64,000 nt of DNA. Origin: Auanema rhodensis. Lineage: Eukaryota; Animalia; Nematoda. The notes under the pieces were generated by a model. That model searched no databases. It had not been told where the DNA came from and saw nothing but the letters and a program-made list of their open reading frames with translations. How positions within the stretch are numbered: position 1 is the first letter of the stretch; each line of letters opens with the position of its first letter. Below, in pieces: positions 38,201 to 53,200 of the stretch. Location of the stretch: contig OZ059895.1 in assembly GCA_964057225.1 (NCBI GenBank), positions 744,001 to 808,000 of the forward strand, given 5' to 3'. Position numbers and translations under genes: made by a program.

Positions 38201-41200
38201 TGATGCATTAGTGTATGTTGAGTTTCCATGTACACTCAACATTGCTTCCAAAAACATTTTGACAAAATTTTTTCGAAAAATTTCAAAATAATTTAGCAAA
38301 AAGTAGATGTTTTTAGATTCCTTTTTTTGAGGCAAAGACGATGGACAATGTTATTCAACGAAAAAATTAATTCTTCAGGGTGAAAATTGAGGATATAAGT
38401 GTGAACTTATATCAGTTGATATCTCGGTGCATTTTTAAGTTAGCGCAAATCTGATAACAAAGATCGACGCAGCTTAAAAATCCGCATCGAATGCACTATA
38501 CTACATTGAGAAACGCTTAATACAAAAATTAGTTATGATCGTTTGAAAAATGATGCATTAGTGTATGTTGAGTTTCCATGTACACTCAACATTGCTTCCA
38601 AAAACATTTTGACAAAATTTTTTCGAAAAATTTCAAAATAATTTAGCAAAAAGTAGATGTTTTTAGATTCCTTTTTTTGAGGCAAAGACGATGGACAATG
38701 TTATTCAACGAAAAAATTAATTCTTCAGGGTGAAAATTGAGGATATAAGTGTGAACTTATATCAGTTGATATCTCGGTGCATTTTTAAGTTAGCGCAAAT
38801 CTGATAACAAAGATCGACGCAGCTTAAAAATCCGCATCGAATGCACTATACTACATTGAGAAACGCTTAATACAAAAATTAGTTATGATCGTTTGAAAAA
38901 TGATGCATTAGTGTATGTTGAGTTTCCATGTACACTCAACATTGCTTCCAAAAACATTTTGACAAAAATTTTTTCGAAACATTTCAAAATAATTTAGCAA
39001 AAAGTAGATTTTTTTAGATTCCTTTTTTTGAGGCAAAGACGATGGACAATGTTATTCAACGAAAAAATTAATTCTTCAGGGTGAAAATCGAGGATATAAG
39101 TGTGAACTTATATCAGTTGATATCTCGGTGCATTTTTAAGTTAGCGCAAATCTGATAACACAAATCGACGCAGCTTAAAAATCCGCATCGAATGCACTAT
39201 ACTACATTGAGAAACGCTTAATACAAAAATTAGTTATGATCGTTTGAAAAATGATGCAATAGTGTATGTTGAGTTTCCATGTACACTCAACATTGCTTCC
39301 AAAAACATTTTGACAAAAATTTTTTCGAAAAATTTCAAAATAATTTAGCAAAAAGTAGATGTTTTTAGATTTCATTTTTCAAGGCAAAGACGATGGACAA
39401 TGTTATTCAACGAAAAAATTAATTCTTCAGGGTGAAAATCGAGGATATAAGTGTGAACTTATATCAGTTGATATCTCGGTGCATTTTTAAGCTAGCGCAA
39501 ATCTGATAACACAGATCGACGCAGCTTAAAAATCCGCATCGAATGCACTATACTACATTGAGAAACGCTTAATACAAAAATTTGTTATGATCGTTTGAAA
39601 AATGATGCATTAGTGTATGTTGAGTTTCCATGTACACTCAACATTGCTTCCAAAAACATTTTGACAAAAATTTTTTCGAAACATTTCAAAATAATTTAGC
39701 AAAAAGTAGATGTTTTTAGATTCCTTTTTTCAAGGCAAAGACGATGGACAATGTTATTCAACGAAAAAATTAATTCTTCAGGGAGAAAATCGAGGATATA
39801 AGTGTGAACTTATATCAGTTGATATCTCGGTGCATTTTTAAGCTAGCGCAAATCTGATAACACAAATCGACGCAGCTTAAAAATCCGCATCGAATGCACT
39901 ATACTACATTGAGAAACGCTTAATACAAAAATTAGTTATGATCGTTTGAAAAATGATGCATTAGTGTATGTTGAGTTTCCATGTACACTCAACATTGCTT
40001 CCAAAAACATTTTGACAAAAATTTTTTCGAAAAATTTCAAAATAATTTAGCAAAAAGTAGATGTTTTTAGATTTCATTTTTCAAGGCAAAGACGATAGAC
40101 AATGTTATTCAACGAAAAAACTAATTCTTCAGGGTGAAAATCGAGGATATAAGTGTGAACTTATATCAGTTGATATCTCGGTGCATTTTTAAGCTAGCGC
40201 AAATCTGATAACACAGATCGACGCAGCTTAAAAATCCGCATCGAATGCACTATACTACATTGAGAAACGCTTAATACAAAAATTAGTTATGATCGTTTGA
40301 AAAATGATGCATTAGTGTATGTTGAGTTTCCATGTACACTCAACATTGCTTCCAAAAACATTTTGACAAAATTTTTTCGAAAAATTTCAAAATAATTTAG
40401 CAAAAAGTAGATGTTTTTAGATTCCTTTTTTTGAGGCAAAGACGATGGACAATGTTATTCAACGAAAAAATTAATTCTTCAGGGTGAAAATCGAGGATAT
40501 AAGTGTGAACTTATATCAGTTGATATCTCGGTGCATTTTTAAGCTAGCGCAAATCTGATAACACAGATCGACGCAGCTTAAAAATCCGCATCGAATGCAC
40601 TATACTACATTGAGAAACGCTTAATACAAAAATTAGTTATGATCGTTTGAAAAATGATGCATTAGTGTATGTTGAGTTTCCATGTACACTCAACATTGCT
40701 TCCAAAAACATTTTGACAAAATTTTTTCGAAAAATTTCAAAATAATTTAGCAAAAAGTAGATGTTTTTAGATTCCTTTTTTTGAGGCAAAGACGATGGAC
40801 AATGTTATTCAACGAAAAAATTAATTCTTCAGGGTGAAAATTGAGGATATAAGTGTGAACTTATATCAGTTGATATCTCGGTGCATTTTTAAGTTAGCGC
40901 AAATCTGATAACAAAGATCGACGCAGCTTAAAAATCCGCATCGAATGCACTATACTACATTGAGAAACGCTTAATACAAAAATTAGTTATGATCGTTTGA
41001 AAAATGATGCATTAGTGTATGTTGAGTTTCCATGTACACTCAACATTGCTTCCAAAAACATTTTGACAAAAATTTTTTCGAAACATTTCAAAATAATTTA
41101 GCAAAAAGTAGATGTTTTTAGATTCCTTTTTTTGAGGCAAAGACGATGGACAATGTTATTCAACGAAAAAATTAATTCTTCAGGGTGAAAATCGAGGATA

Positions 41201-44200
41201 TAAGTGTGAACTTATATCAGTTGATATCTCGGTGCATTTTTAAGTTAGCGCAAATCTGATAACACAAATCGACGCAGCTTAAAAATCCGCATCGAATGCA
41301 CTATACTACATTGAGAAACGCTTAATACAAAAATTAGTTATGATCGTTTGAAAAATGATGCAATAGTGTATGTTGAGTTTCCATGTACACTCAACATTGC
41401 TTCCAAAAACATTTTGACAAAAATTTTTTCGAAAAATTTCAAAATAATTTAGCAAAAAGTAGATGTTTTTAGATTTCATTTTTCAAGGCAAAGACGATAG
41501 ACAATGTTATTCAACGAAAAAATTAATTCTTCAGGGTGAAAATCGAGGATATAAGTGTGAACTTATATCAGTTGATATCTCGGTGCATTTTTAAGCTAGC
41601 GCAAATCTGATAACACAGATCGACGCAGCTTAAAAATCCGCATCGAATGCACTATACTACATTGAGAAACGCTTAATACAAAAATTTGTTATGATCGTTT
41701 GAAAAATGATGCATTAGTGTATGTTGAGTTTCCATGTACACTCAACATTGCTTCCAAAAACATTTTGACAAAAATTTTTTCGAAACATTTCAAAATAATT
41801 TAGCAAAAAGTAGATGTTTTTAGATTCCTTTTTTCAAGGCAAAGACGATGGACAATGTTATTCAACGAAAAAATTAATTCTTCAGGGAGAAAATCGAGGA
41901 TATAAGTGTGAACTTATATCAGTTGATATCTCGGTGCATTTTTAAGCTAGCGCAAATCTGATAACACAGATCGACGCAGCTTAAAAATCCGCATCGAATG
42001 CACTATACTACATTGAGAAACGCTTAATACAAAAATTAGTTATGATCGTTTGAAAAATGATGCATTAGTGTATGTTGAGTTTCCATGTACACTCAACATT
42101 GCTTCCAAAAACATTTTGACAAAAATTTTTTTGAAAAATTTCAAAATAATTTAGCAAAAAGTAGATGTTTTTAGATCCCATTTTTCAAAGCAAAGACGAT
42201 GGACAATGTTATTCAACGAAAAAATTAATTCTTCAGGGTGAAAATCGAAGATATAAGTGTGAACTTATATCAGTTGATATCTCGGTGCATTTTTAAGTTA
42301 GCGCAAATCTGATAACACAAATCGACGCAGCTTAAAAATCCGCATCGAATGCACTATACTACATTAAGAAACGCTTAATACAAAAATTAGTTATGATCGT
42401 TTGAAAAATGATGCAATAGTGTATGTTGAGTTTCCATGTACACTCAACATTGCTTCCAAAAACATTTTGACAAAAATTTTTTCGAAACATTTCAAAATAA
42501 TTTAGCAAAAAGTAGAAGTTTTTAGATTCCTTTTTTCAAGGCAAAGACGATGGACAATGTTATTCAACGAAAAAATTAATTCTTCAGGGAGAAAATCGAG
42601 GATATAAGTGTGAACTTATATCAGTTGATATCTCGGTGCATTTTTAAGCTAGCGCAAATCTGATAACACAAATCGACGCAGCTCAAAAATCCGCATCGAA
42701 TGCACTATACTACATTGAGAAACGCTTAATACAAAAATTAGTTATGATCGTTTGAAAAATGATGCATTAGTGTATGTTGAGTTTCCATGTACACTCAACA
42801 TTGCTTCCAAAAACATTTTGACAAAAATTTTTTCGAAAAATTTCAAAATAATTTAGCAAAAAGTAGATGTTTTTAGATTCCTTTTTTTGAGGCAAAGACG
42901 ATGGACAATGTTATTCAACGAAAAAATTAATTCTTCAGGGTGAAAATTGAGGATATAAGTGTGAACTTATATCAGTTGATATCTCGGTGCATTTTTAAGT
43001 TAGCGCAAATCTGATAACAAAGATCGACGCAGCTTAAAAATCCGCATCGAATGCACTATACTACATTGAGAAACGCTTAATACAAAAATTAGTTATGATC
43101 GTTTGAAAAATGATGCATTAGTGTATGTTGAGTTTCCATGTACACTCAACATTGCTTCCAAAAACATTTTGACAAAAATTTTTTCGAAACATTTCAAAAT
43201 AATTTAGCAAAAAGTAGATGTTTTTAGATTCCTTTTTTTGAGGCAAAGACGATGGACAATGTTATTCAACGAAAAAATTAATTCTTCAGGGTGAAAATCG
43301 AGGATATAAGTGTGAACTTATATCAGTTGATATCTCGGTGCATTTTTAAGTTAGCGCAAATCTGATAACACAAATCGACGCAGCTTAAAAATCCGCATCG
43401 AATGCACTATACTACATTGAGAAACGCTTAATACAAAAATTAGTTATGATCGTTTGAAAAATGATGCAATAGTGTATGTTGAGTTTCCATGTACACTCAA
43501 CATTGCTTCCAAAAACATTTTGACAAAAATTTTTTCGAAAAATTTCAAAATAATTTAGCAAAAAGTAGATGTTTTTAGATTTCATTTTTCAAGGCAAAGA
43601 CGATAGACAATGTTATTCAACGAAAAAATTAATTCTTCAGGGTGAAAATCGAGGATATAAGTGTGAACTTATATCAGTTGATATCTCGGTGCATTTTTAA
43701 GCTAGCGCAAATCTGATAACACAGATCGACGCAGCTTAAAAATCCGCATCGAATGCACTATACTACATTGAGAAACGCTTAATACAAAAATTAGTTATGA
43801 TCGTTTGAAAAATGATGCATTAGTGTATGTTGAGTTTCCATGTACACTCAACATTGCTTCCAAAAACATTTTGACAAAATTTTTTCGAAAAATTTCAAAA
43901 TAATTTAGCAAAAAGTAGATGTTTTTAGATTCCTTTTTTTGAGGCAAAGACGATGGACAATGTTATTCAACGAAAAAATTAATTCTTCAGGGTGAAAATT
44001 GAGGATATAAGTGTGAACTTATATCAGTTGATATCTCGGTGCATTTTTAAGTTAGCGCAAATCTGATAACAAAGATCGACGCAGCTTAAAAATCCGCATC
44101 GAATGCACTATACTACATTGAGAAACGCTTAATACAAAAATTAGTTATGATCGTTTGAAAAATGATGCATTAGTGTATGTTGAGTTTCCATGTACACTCA

Positions 44201-47200
44201 ACATTGCTTCCAAAAACATTTTGACAAAATTTTTTCGAAAAATTTCAAAATAATTTAGCAAAAAGTAGATGTTTTTAGATTCCTTTTTTTGAGGCAAAGA
44301 CGATGGACAATGTTATTCAACGAAAAAATTAATTCTTCAGGGTGAAAATTGAGGATATAAGTGTGAACTTATATCAGTTGATATCTCGGTGCATTTTTAA
44401 GTTAGCGCAAATCTGATAACAAAGATCGACGCAGCTTAAAAATCCGCATCGAATGCACTATACTACATTGAGAAACGCTTAATACAAAAATTAGTTATGA
44501 TCGTTTGAAAAATGATGCATTAGTGTATGTTGAGTTTCCATGTACACTCAACATTGCTTCCAAAAACATTTTGACAAAAATTTTTTCGAAACATTTCAAA
44601 ATAATTTAGCAAAAAGTAGATGTTTTTAGATTCCTTTTTTTGAGGCAAAGACGATGGACAATGTTATTCAACGAAAAAATTAATTCTTCAGGGTGAAAAT
44701 CGAGGATATAAGTGTGAACTTATATCAGTTGATATCTCGGTGCATTTTTAAGTTAGCGCAAATCTGATAACACAAATCGACGCAGCTTAAAAATCCGCAT
44801 CGAATGCACTATACTACATTGAGAAACGCTTAATACAAAAATTAGTTATGATCGTTTGAAAAATGATGCAATAGTGTATGTTGAGTTTCCATGTACACTC
44901 AACATTGCTTCCAAAAACATTTTGACAAAAATTTTTTCGAAAAATTTCAAAATAATTTAGCAAAAAGTAGATGTTTTTAGATTTCATTTTTCAAGGCAAA
45001 GACGATGGACAATGTTATTCAACGAAAAAATTAATTCTTCAGGGTGAAAATCGAGGATATAAGTGTGAACTTATATCAGTTGATATCTCGGTGCATTTTT
45101 AAGCTAGCGCAAATCTGATAACACAGATCGACGCAGCTTAAAAATCCGCATCGAATGCACTATACTACATTGAGAAACGCTTAATACAAAAATTTGTTAT
45201 GATCGTTTGAAAAATGATGCATTAGTGTATGTTGAGTTTCCATGTACACTCAACATTGCTTCCAAAAACATTTTGACAAAAATTTTTTCGAAACATTTCA
45301 AAATAATTTAGCAAAAAGTAGATGTTTTTAGATTCCTTTTTTCAAGGCAAAGACGATGGACAATGTTATTCAACGAAAAAATTAATTCTTCAGGGAGAAA
45401 ATCGAGGATATAAGTGTGAACTTATATCAGTTGATATCTCGGTGCATTTTTAAGCTAGCGCAAATCTGATAACACAAATCGACGCAGCTTAAAAATCCGC
45501 ATCGAATGCACTATACTACATTGAGAAACGCTTAATACAAAAATTAGTTATGATCGTTTGAAAAATGATGCATTAGTGTATGTTGAGTTTCCATGTACAC
45601 TCAACATTGCTTCCAAAAACATTTTGACAAAAATTTTTTCGAAAAATTTCAAAATAATTTAGCAAAAAGTAGATGTTTTTAGATTTCATTTTTCAAGGCA
45701 AAGACGATAGACAATGTTATTCAACGAAAAAACTAATTCTTCAGGGTGAAAATCGAGGATATAAGTGTGAACTTATATCAGTTGATATCTCGGTGCATTT
45801 TTAAGCTAGCGCAAATCTGATAACACAGATCGACGCAGCTTAAAAATCCGCATCGAATGCACTATACTACATTGAGAAACGCTTAATACAAAAATTAGTT
45901 ATGATCGTTTGAAAAATGATGCATTAGTGTATGTTGAGTTTCCATGTACACTCAACATTGCTTCCAAAAACATTTTGACAAAAATTTTTTTGAAAAATTT
46001 CAAAATAATTTAGCAAAAAGTAGATGTTTTTAGATCCCATTTTTCAAAGCAAAGACGATGGACAATGTTATTCAACGAAAAAATTAATTCTTCAGGGTGA
46101 AAATCGAAGATATAAGTGTGAACTTATATCAGTTGATATCTCGGTGCATTTTTAAGTTAGCGCAAATCTGATAACACAAATCGACGCAGCTTAAAAATCC
46201 GCATCGAATGCACTATACTACATTGAGAAACGCTTAATACAAAAATTAGTTATGATCGTTTGAAAAATGATGCAATAGTGTATGTTGAGTTTCCATGTAC
46301 ACTCAACATTGCTTCCAAAAACATTTTGACAAAAATTTTTTCGAAACATTTCAAAATAATTTAGCAAAAAGTAGAAGTTTTTAGATTCCTTTTTTCAAGG
46401 CAAAGACGATGGACAATGTTATTCAACGAAAAAATTAATTCTTCAGGGAGAAAATCGAGGATATAAGTGTGAACTTATATCAGTTGATATCTCGGTGCAT
46501 TTTTAAGCTAGCGCAAATCTGATAACACAAATCGACGCAGCTCAAAAATCCGCATCGAATGCACTATACTACATTGAGAAACGCTTAATACAAAAATTAG
46601 TTATGATCGTTTGAAAAATGATGCATTAGTGTATGTTGAGTTTCCATGTACACTCAACATTGCTTCCAAAAACATTTTGACAAAAATTTTTTCGAAAAAT
46701 TTCAAAATAATTTAGCAAAAAGTAGATGTTTTTAGATTCCTTTTTTTGAGGCAAAGACGATGGACAATGTTATTCAACGAAAAAATTAATTCTTCAGGGT
46801 GAAAATTGAGGATATAAGTGTGAACTTATATCAGTTGATATCTCGGTGCATTTTTAAGTTAGCGCAAATCTGATAACAAAGATCGACGCAGCTTAAAAAT
46901 CCGCATCGAATGCACTATACTACATTGAGAAACGCTTAATACAAAAATTAGTTATGATCGTTTGAAAAATGATGCATTAGTGTATGTTGAGTTTCCATGT
47001 ACACTCAACATTGCTTCCAAAAACATTTTGACAAAAATTTTTTCGAAACATTTCAAAATAATTTAGCAAAAAGTAGATGTTTTTAGATTCCTTTTTTTGA
47101 GGCAAAGACGATGGACAATGTTATTCAACGAAAAAATTAATTCTTCAGGGTGAAAATCGAGGATATAAGTGTGAACTTATATCAGTTGATATCTCGGTGC

Positions 47201-50200
47201 ATTTTTAAGTTAGCGCAAATCTGATAACAAAAATCGACGCAGCTTAAAAATCCGCATCGAATGCACTATACTACATTGAGAAACGCTTAATACAAAAATT
47301 AGTTATGATCGTTTGAAAAATGATGCAATAGTGTATGTTGAGTTTCCATGTACACTCAACATTGCTTCCAAAAACATTTTGACAAAAATTTTTTCGAAAA
47401 ATTTCAAAATAATTTAGCAAAAAGTAGATGTTTTTAGATTTCATTTTTCAAGGCAAAGACGATAGACAATGTTATTCAACGAAAAAATTAATTCTTCAGG
47501 GTGAAAATCGAGGATATAAGTGTGAACTTATATCAGTTGATATCTCGGTGCATTTTTAAGCTAGCGCAAATCTGATAACACAGATCGACGCAGCTTAAAA
47601 ATCCGCATCGAATGCACTATACTACATTGAGAAACGCTTAATACAAAAATTTGTTATGATCGTTTGAAAAATGATGCATTAGTGTATGTTGAGTTTCCAT
47701 GTACACTCAACATTGCTTCCAAAAACATTTTGACAAAAATTTTTTCGAAACATTTCAAAATAATTTAGCAAAAAGTAGATGTTTTTAGATTCCTTTTTTC
47801 AAGGCAAAGACGATGGACAATGTTATTCAACGAAAAAATTAATTCTTCAGGGAGAAAATCGAGGATATAAGTGTGAACTTATATCAGTTGATATCTCGGT
47901 GCATTTTTAAGCTAGCGCAAATCTGATAACACAAATCGACGCAGCTTAAAAATCCGCATCGAATGCACTATACTACATTGAGAAACGCTTAATACAAAAA
48001 TTTGTTATGATCGTTTGAAAAATGATGCATTAGTGTATGTTGAGTTTCCATGTACACTCAACATTGCTTCCAAAAACATTTTGACAAAAATTTTTTCGAA
48101 ACATTTCAAAATAATTTAGCAAAAAGTAGATGTTTTTAGATTCCTTTTTTCAAGGCAAAGACGATGGACAATGTTATTCAACGAAAAAATTAATTCTTCA
48201 GGGAGAAAATCGAGGATATAAGTGTGAACTTATATCAGTTGATATCTCGGTGCATTTTTAAGCTAGCGCAAATCTGATAACACAAATCGACGCAGCTTAA
48301 AAATCCGCATCGAATGCACTATACTACATTGAGAAACGCTTAATACGTAAATTAGTTATGATCGTTTGAAAAATGATGCATTAGTGTATGTTGAGTTTCC
48401 ATGTACACTCAACATTGCTTCCAAAAACATTTTGACAAAAATTTTTTCGAAAAATTTCAAAATAATTTAGCAAAAAGTAGATGTTTTTAGATTCCTTTTT
48501 TTGAGGCAAAGACGATGGACAATGTTATTCAACGAAAAAATTAATTCTTCAGGGTGAAAATTGAGGATATAAGTGTGAACTTATATCAGTTGATATCTCG
48601 GTGCATTTTTAAGTTAGCGCAAATCTGATAACAAAGATCGACGCAGCTTAAAAATCCGCATCGAATGCACTATACTACATTGAGAAACGCTTAATACAAA
48701 AATTAGTTATGATCGTTTGAAAAATGATGCATTAGTGTATGTTGAGTTTCCATGTACACTCAACATTGCTTCCAAAAACATTTTGACAAAAATTTTTTCG
48801 AAACATTTCAAAATAATTTAGCAAAAAGTAGATGTTTTTAGATTCCTTTTTTTGAGGCAAAGACGATGGACAATGTTATTCAACGAAAAAATTAATTCTT
48901 CAGGGTGAAAATCGAGGATATAAGTGTGAACTTATATCAGTTGATATCTCGGTGCATTTTTAAGTTAGCGCAAATCTGATAACAAAAATCGACGCAGCTT
49001 AAAAATCCGCATCGAATGCACTATACTACATTGAGAAACGCTTAATACAAAAATTAGTTATGATCGTTTGAAAAATGATGCAATAGTGTATGTTGAGTTT
49101 CCATGTACACTCAACATTGCTTCCAAAAACATTTTGACAAAAATTTTTTCGAAAAATTTCAAAATAATTTAGCAAAAAGTAGATGTTTTTAGATTTCATT
49201 TTTCAAGGCAAAGACGATAGACAATGTTATTCAACGAAAAAATTAATTCTTCAGGGTGAAAATCGAGGATATAAGTGTGAACTTATATCAGTTGATATCT
49301 CGGTGCATTTTTAAGCTAGCGCAAATCTGATAACACAGATCGACGCAGCTTAAAAATCCGCATCGAATGCACTATACTACATTGAGAAACGCTTAATACA
49401 AAAATTTGTTATGATCGTTTGAAAAATGATGCATTAGTGTATGTTGAGTTTCCATGTACACTCAACATTGCTTCCAAAAACATTTTGACAAAAATTTTTT
49501 CGAAACATTTCAAAATAATTTAGCAAAAAGTAGATGTTTTTAGATTCCTTTTTTCAAGGCAAAGACGATGGACAATGTTATTCAACGAAAAAATTAATTC
49601 TTCAGGGAGAAAATCGAGGATATAAGTGTGAACTTATATCAGTTGATATCTCGGTGCATTTTTAAGCTAGCGCAAATCTGATAACACAAATCGACGCAGC
49701 TTAAAAATCCGCATCGAATGCACTATACTACATTGAGAAACGCTTAATACAAAAATTTGTTATGATCGTTTGAAAAATGATGCATTAGTGTATGTTGAGT
49801 TTCCATGTACACTCAACATTGCTTCCAAAAACATTTTGACAAAAATTTTTTCGAAACATTTCAAAATAATTTAGCAAAAAGTAGATGTTTTTAGATTCCT
49901 TTTTTCAAGGCAAAGACGATGGACAATGTTATTCAACGAAAAAATTAATTCTTCAGGGAGAAAATCGAGGATATAAGTGTGAACTTATATCAGTTGATAT
50001 CTCGGTGCATTTTTAAGCTAGCGCAAATCTGATAACACAAATCGACGCAGCTTAAAAATCCGCATCGAATGCACTATACTACATTGAGAAACGCTTAATA
50101 CGTAAATTAGTTATGATCGTTTGAAAAATGATGCATTAGTGTATGTTGAGTTTCCATGTACACTCAACATTGCTTCCAAAAACATTTTGACAAAAATTTT

Positions 50201-53200
50201 TTCGAAAAATTTCAAAATAATTTAGCAAAAAGTAGATGTTTTTAGATTCCTTTTTTTGAGGCAAAGACGATGGACAATGTTATTCAACGAAAAAATTAAT
50301 TCTTCAGGGTGAAAATTGAGGATATAAGTGTGAACTTATATCAGTTGATATCTCGGTGCATTTTTAAGTTAGCGCAAATCTGATAACACAGATCGACGCA
50401 GCTTAAAAATCCGCATCGAATGCACTATACTACATTGAGAAACGCTTAATACAAAAATTTGTTATGATCGTTTGAAAAATGATGCATTAGTGTATGTTGA
50501 GTTTCCATGTACACTCAACATTGCTTCCAAAAACATTTTGACAAAAATTTTTTCGAAACATTTCAAAATAATTTAGCAAAAAGTAGATGTTTTTAGATTC
50601 CTTTTTTCAAGGCAAAGACGATGGACAATGTTATTCAACGAAAAAATTAATTCTTCAGGGAGAAAATCGAGGATATAAGTGTGAACTTATATCAGTTGAT
50701 ATCTCGGTGCATTTTTAAGCTAGCGCAAATCTGATAACACAAATCGACGCAGCTTAAAAATCCGCATCGAATGCACTATACTACATTGAGAAACGCTTAA
50801 TACAAAAATTTGTTATGATCGTTTGAAAAATGATGCATTAGTGTATGTTGAGTTTCCATGTACACTCAACATTGCTTCCAAAAACATTTTGACAAAAATT
50901 TTTTCGAAAAATTTCAAAATAATTTAGCAAAAAGTAGATGTTTTTAGATTCCTTTTTTTGAGGCAAAGACGATGGACAATGTTATTCAACGAAAAAATTA
51001 ATTCTTCAGGGTGAAAATTGAGGATATAAGTGTGAACTTATATCAGTTGATATCTCGGTGCATTTTTAAGTTAGCGCAAATCTGATAACACAGATCGACG
51101 CAGCTTAAAAATCCGCATCGAATGCACTATACTACATTGAGAAACGCTTAATACAAAAATTTGTTATGATCGTTTGAAAAATGATGCATTAGTGTATGTT
51201 GAGTTTCCATGTACACTCAACATTGCTTCCAAAAACATTTTGACAAAAATTTTTTCGAAACATTTCAAAATAATTTAGCAAAAAGTAGATGTTTTTAGAT
51301 TCCTTTTTTCAAGGCAAAGACGATGGACAATGTTATTCAACGAAAAAATTAATTCTTCAGGGAGAAAATCGAGGATATAAGTGTGAACTTATATCAGTTG
51401 ATATCTCGGTGCATTTTTAAGCTAGCGCAAATCTGATAACACAAATCGACGCAGCTTAAAAATCCGCATCGAATGCACTATACTACATTGAGAAACGCTT
51501 AATACAAAAATTTGTTATGATCGTTTGAAAAATGATGCATTAGTGTATGTTGAGTTTCCATGTACACTCAACATTGCTTCCAAAAACATTTTGACAAAAA
51601 TTTTTTCGAAACATTTCAAAATAATTTAGCAAAAAGTAGATGTTTTTAGATTCCTTTTTTCAAGGCAAAGACGATGGACAATGTTATTCAACGAAAAAAT
51701 TAATTCTTCAGGGAGAAAATCGAGGATATAAGTGTGAACTTATATCAGTTGATATCTCGGTGCATTTTTAAGCTAGCGCAAATCTGATAACACAAATCGA
51801 CGCAGCTTAAAAATCCGCATCGAATGCACTATACTACATTGAGAAACGCTTAATACAAAAATTAGTTATGATCGTTTGAAAAATGATGCATTAGTGTATG
51901 TTGAGTTTCCATGTACACTCAACATTGCTTCCAAAAACATTTTGACAAAAATTTTTTCGAAAAATTTCAAAATAATTTAGCAAAAAGTAGATGTTTTTAG
52001 ATTCCTTTTTTTGAGGCAAAGACGATGGACAATGTTATTCAACGAAAAAATTAATTCTTCAGGGTGAAAATTGAGGATATAAGTGTGAACTTATATCAGT
52101 TGATATCTCGGTGCATTTTTAAGTTAGCGCAAATCTGATAACAAAGATCGACGCAGCTTAAAAATCCGCATCGAATGCACTATACTACATTGAGAAACGC
52201 TTAATACAAAAATTAGTTATGATCGTTTGAAAAATGATGCATTAGTGTATGTTGAGTTTCCATGTACACTCAACATTGCTTCCAAAAACATTTTGACAAA
52301 AATTTTTTCGAAACATTTCAAAATAATTTAGCAAAAAGTAGATGTTTTTAGATTCCTTTTTTTGAGGCAAAGACGATGGACAATGTTATTCAACGAAAAA
52401 ATTAATTCTTCAGGGTGAAAATCGAGGATATAAGTGTGAACTTATATCAGTTGATATCTCGGTGCATTTTTAAGTTAGCGCAAATCTGATAACACAAATC
52501 GACGCAGCTTAAAAATCCGCATCGAATGCACTATACTACATTGAGAAACGCTTAATACAAAAATTAGTTATGATCGTTTGAAAAATGATGCAATAGTGTA
52601 TGTTGAGTTTCCATGTACACTCAACATTGCTTCCAAAAACATTTTGACAAAAATTTTTTCGAAAAATTTCAAAATAATTTAGCAAAAAGTAGATGTTTTT
52701 AGATTTCATTTTTCAAGGCAAAGACGATAGACAATGTTATTCAACGAAAAAATTAATTCTTCAGGGTGAAAATCGAGGATATAAGTGTGAACTTATATCA
52801 GTTGATATCTCGGTGCATTTTTAAGCTAGCGCAAATCTGATAACACAGATCGACGCAGCTTAAAAATCCGCATCGAATGCACTATACTACATTGAGAAAC
52901 GCTTAATACAAAAATTTGTTATGATCGTTTGAAAAATGATGCATTAGTGTATGTTGAGTTTCCATGTACACTCAACATTGCTTCCAAAAACATTTTGACA
53001 AAAATTTTTTCGAAACATTTCAAAATAATTTAGCAAAAAGTAGATGTTTTTAGATTCCTTTTTTCAAGGCAAAGACGATGGACAATGTTATTCAACGAAA
53101 AAATTAATTCTTCAGGGAGAAAATCGAGGATATAAGTGTGAACTTATATCAGTTGATATCTCGGTGCATTTTTAAGCTAGCGCAAATCTGATAACACAAA

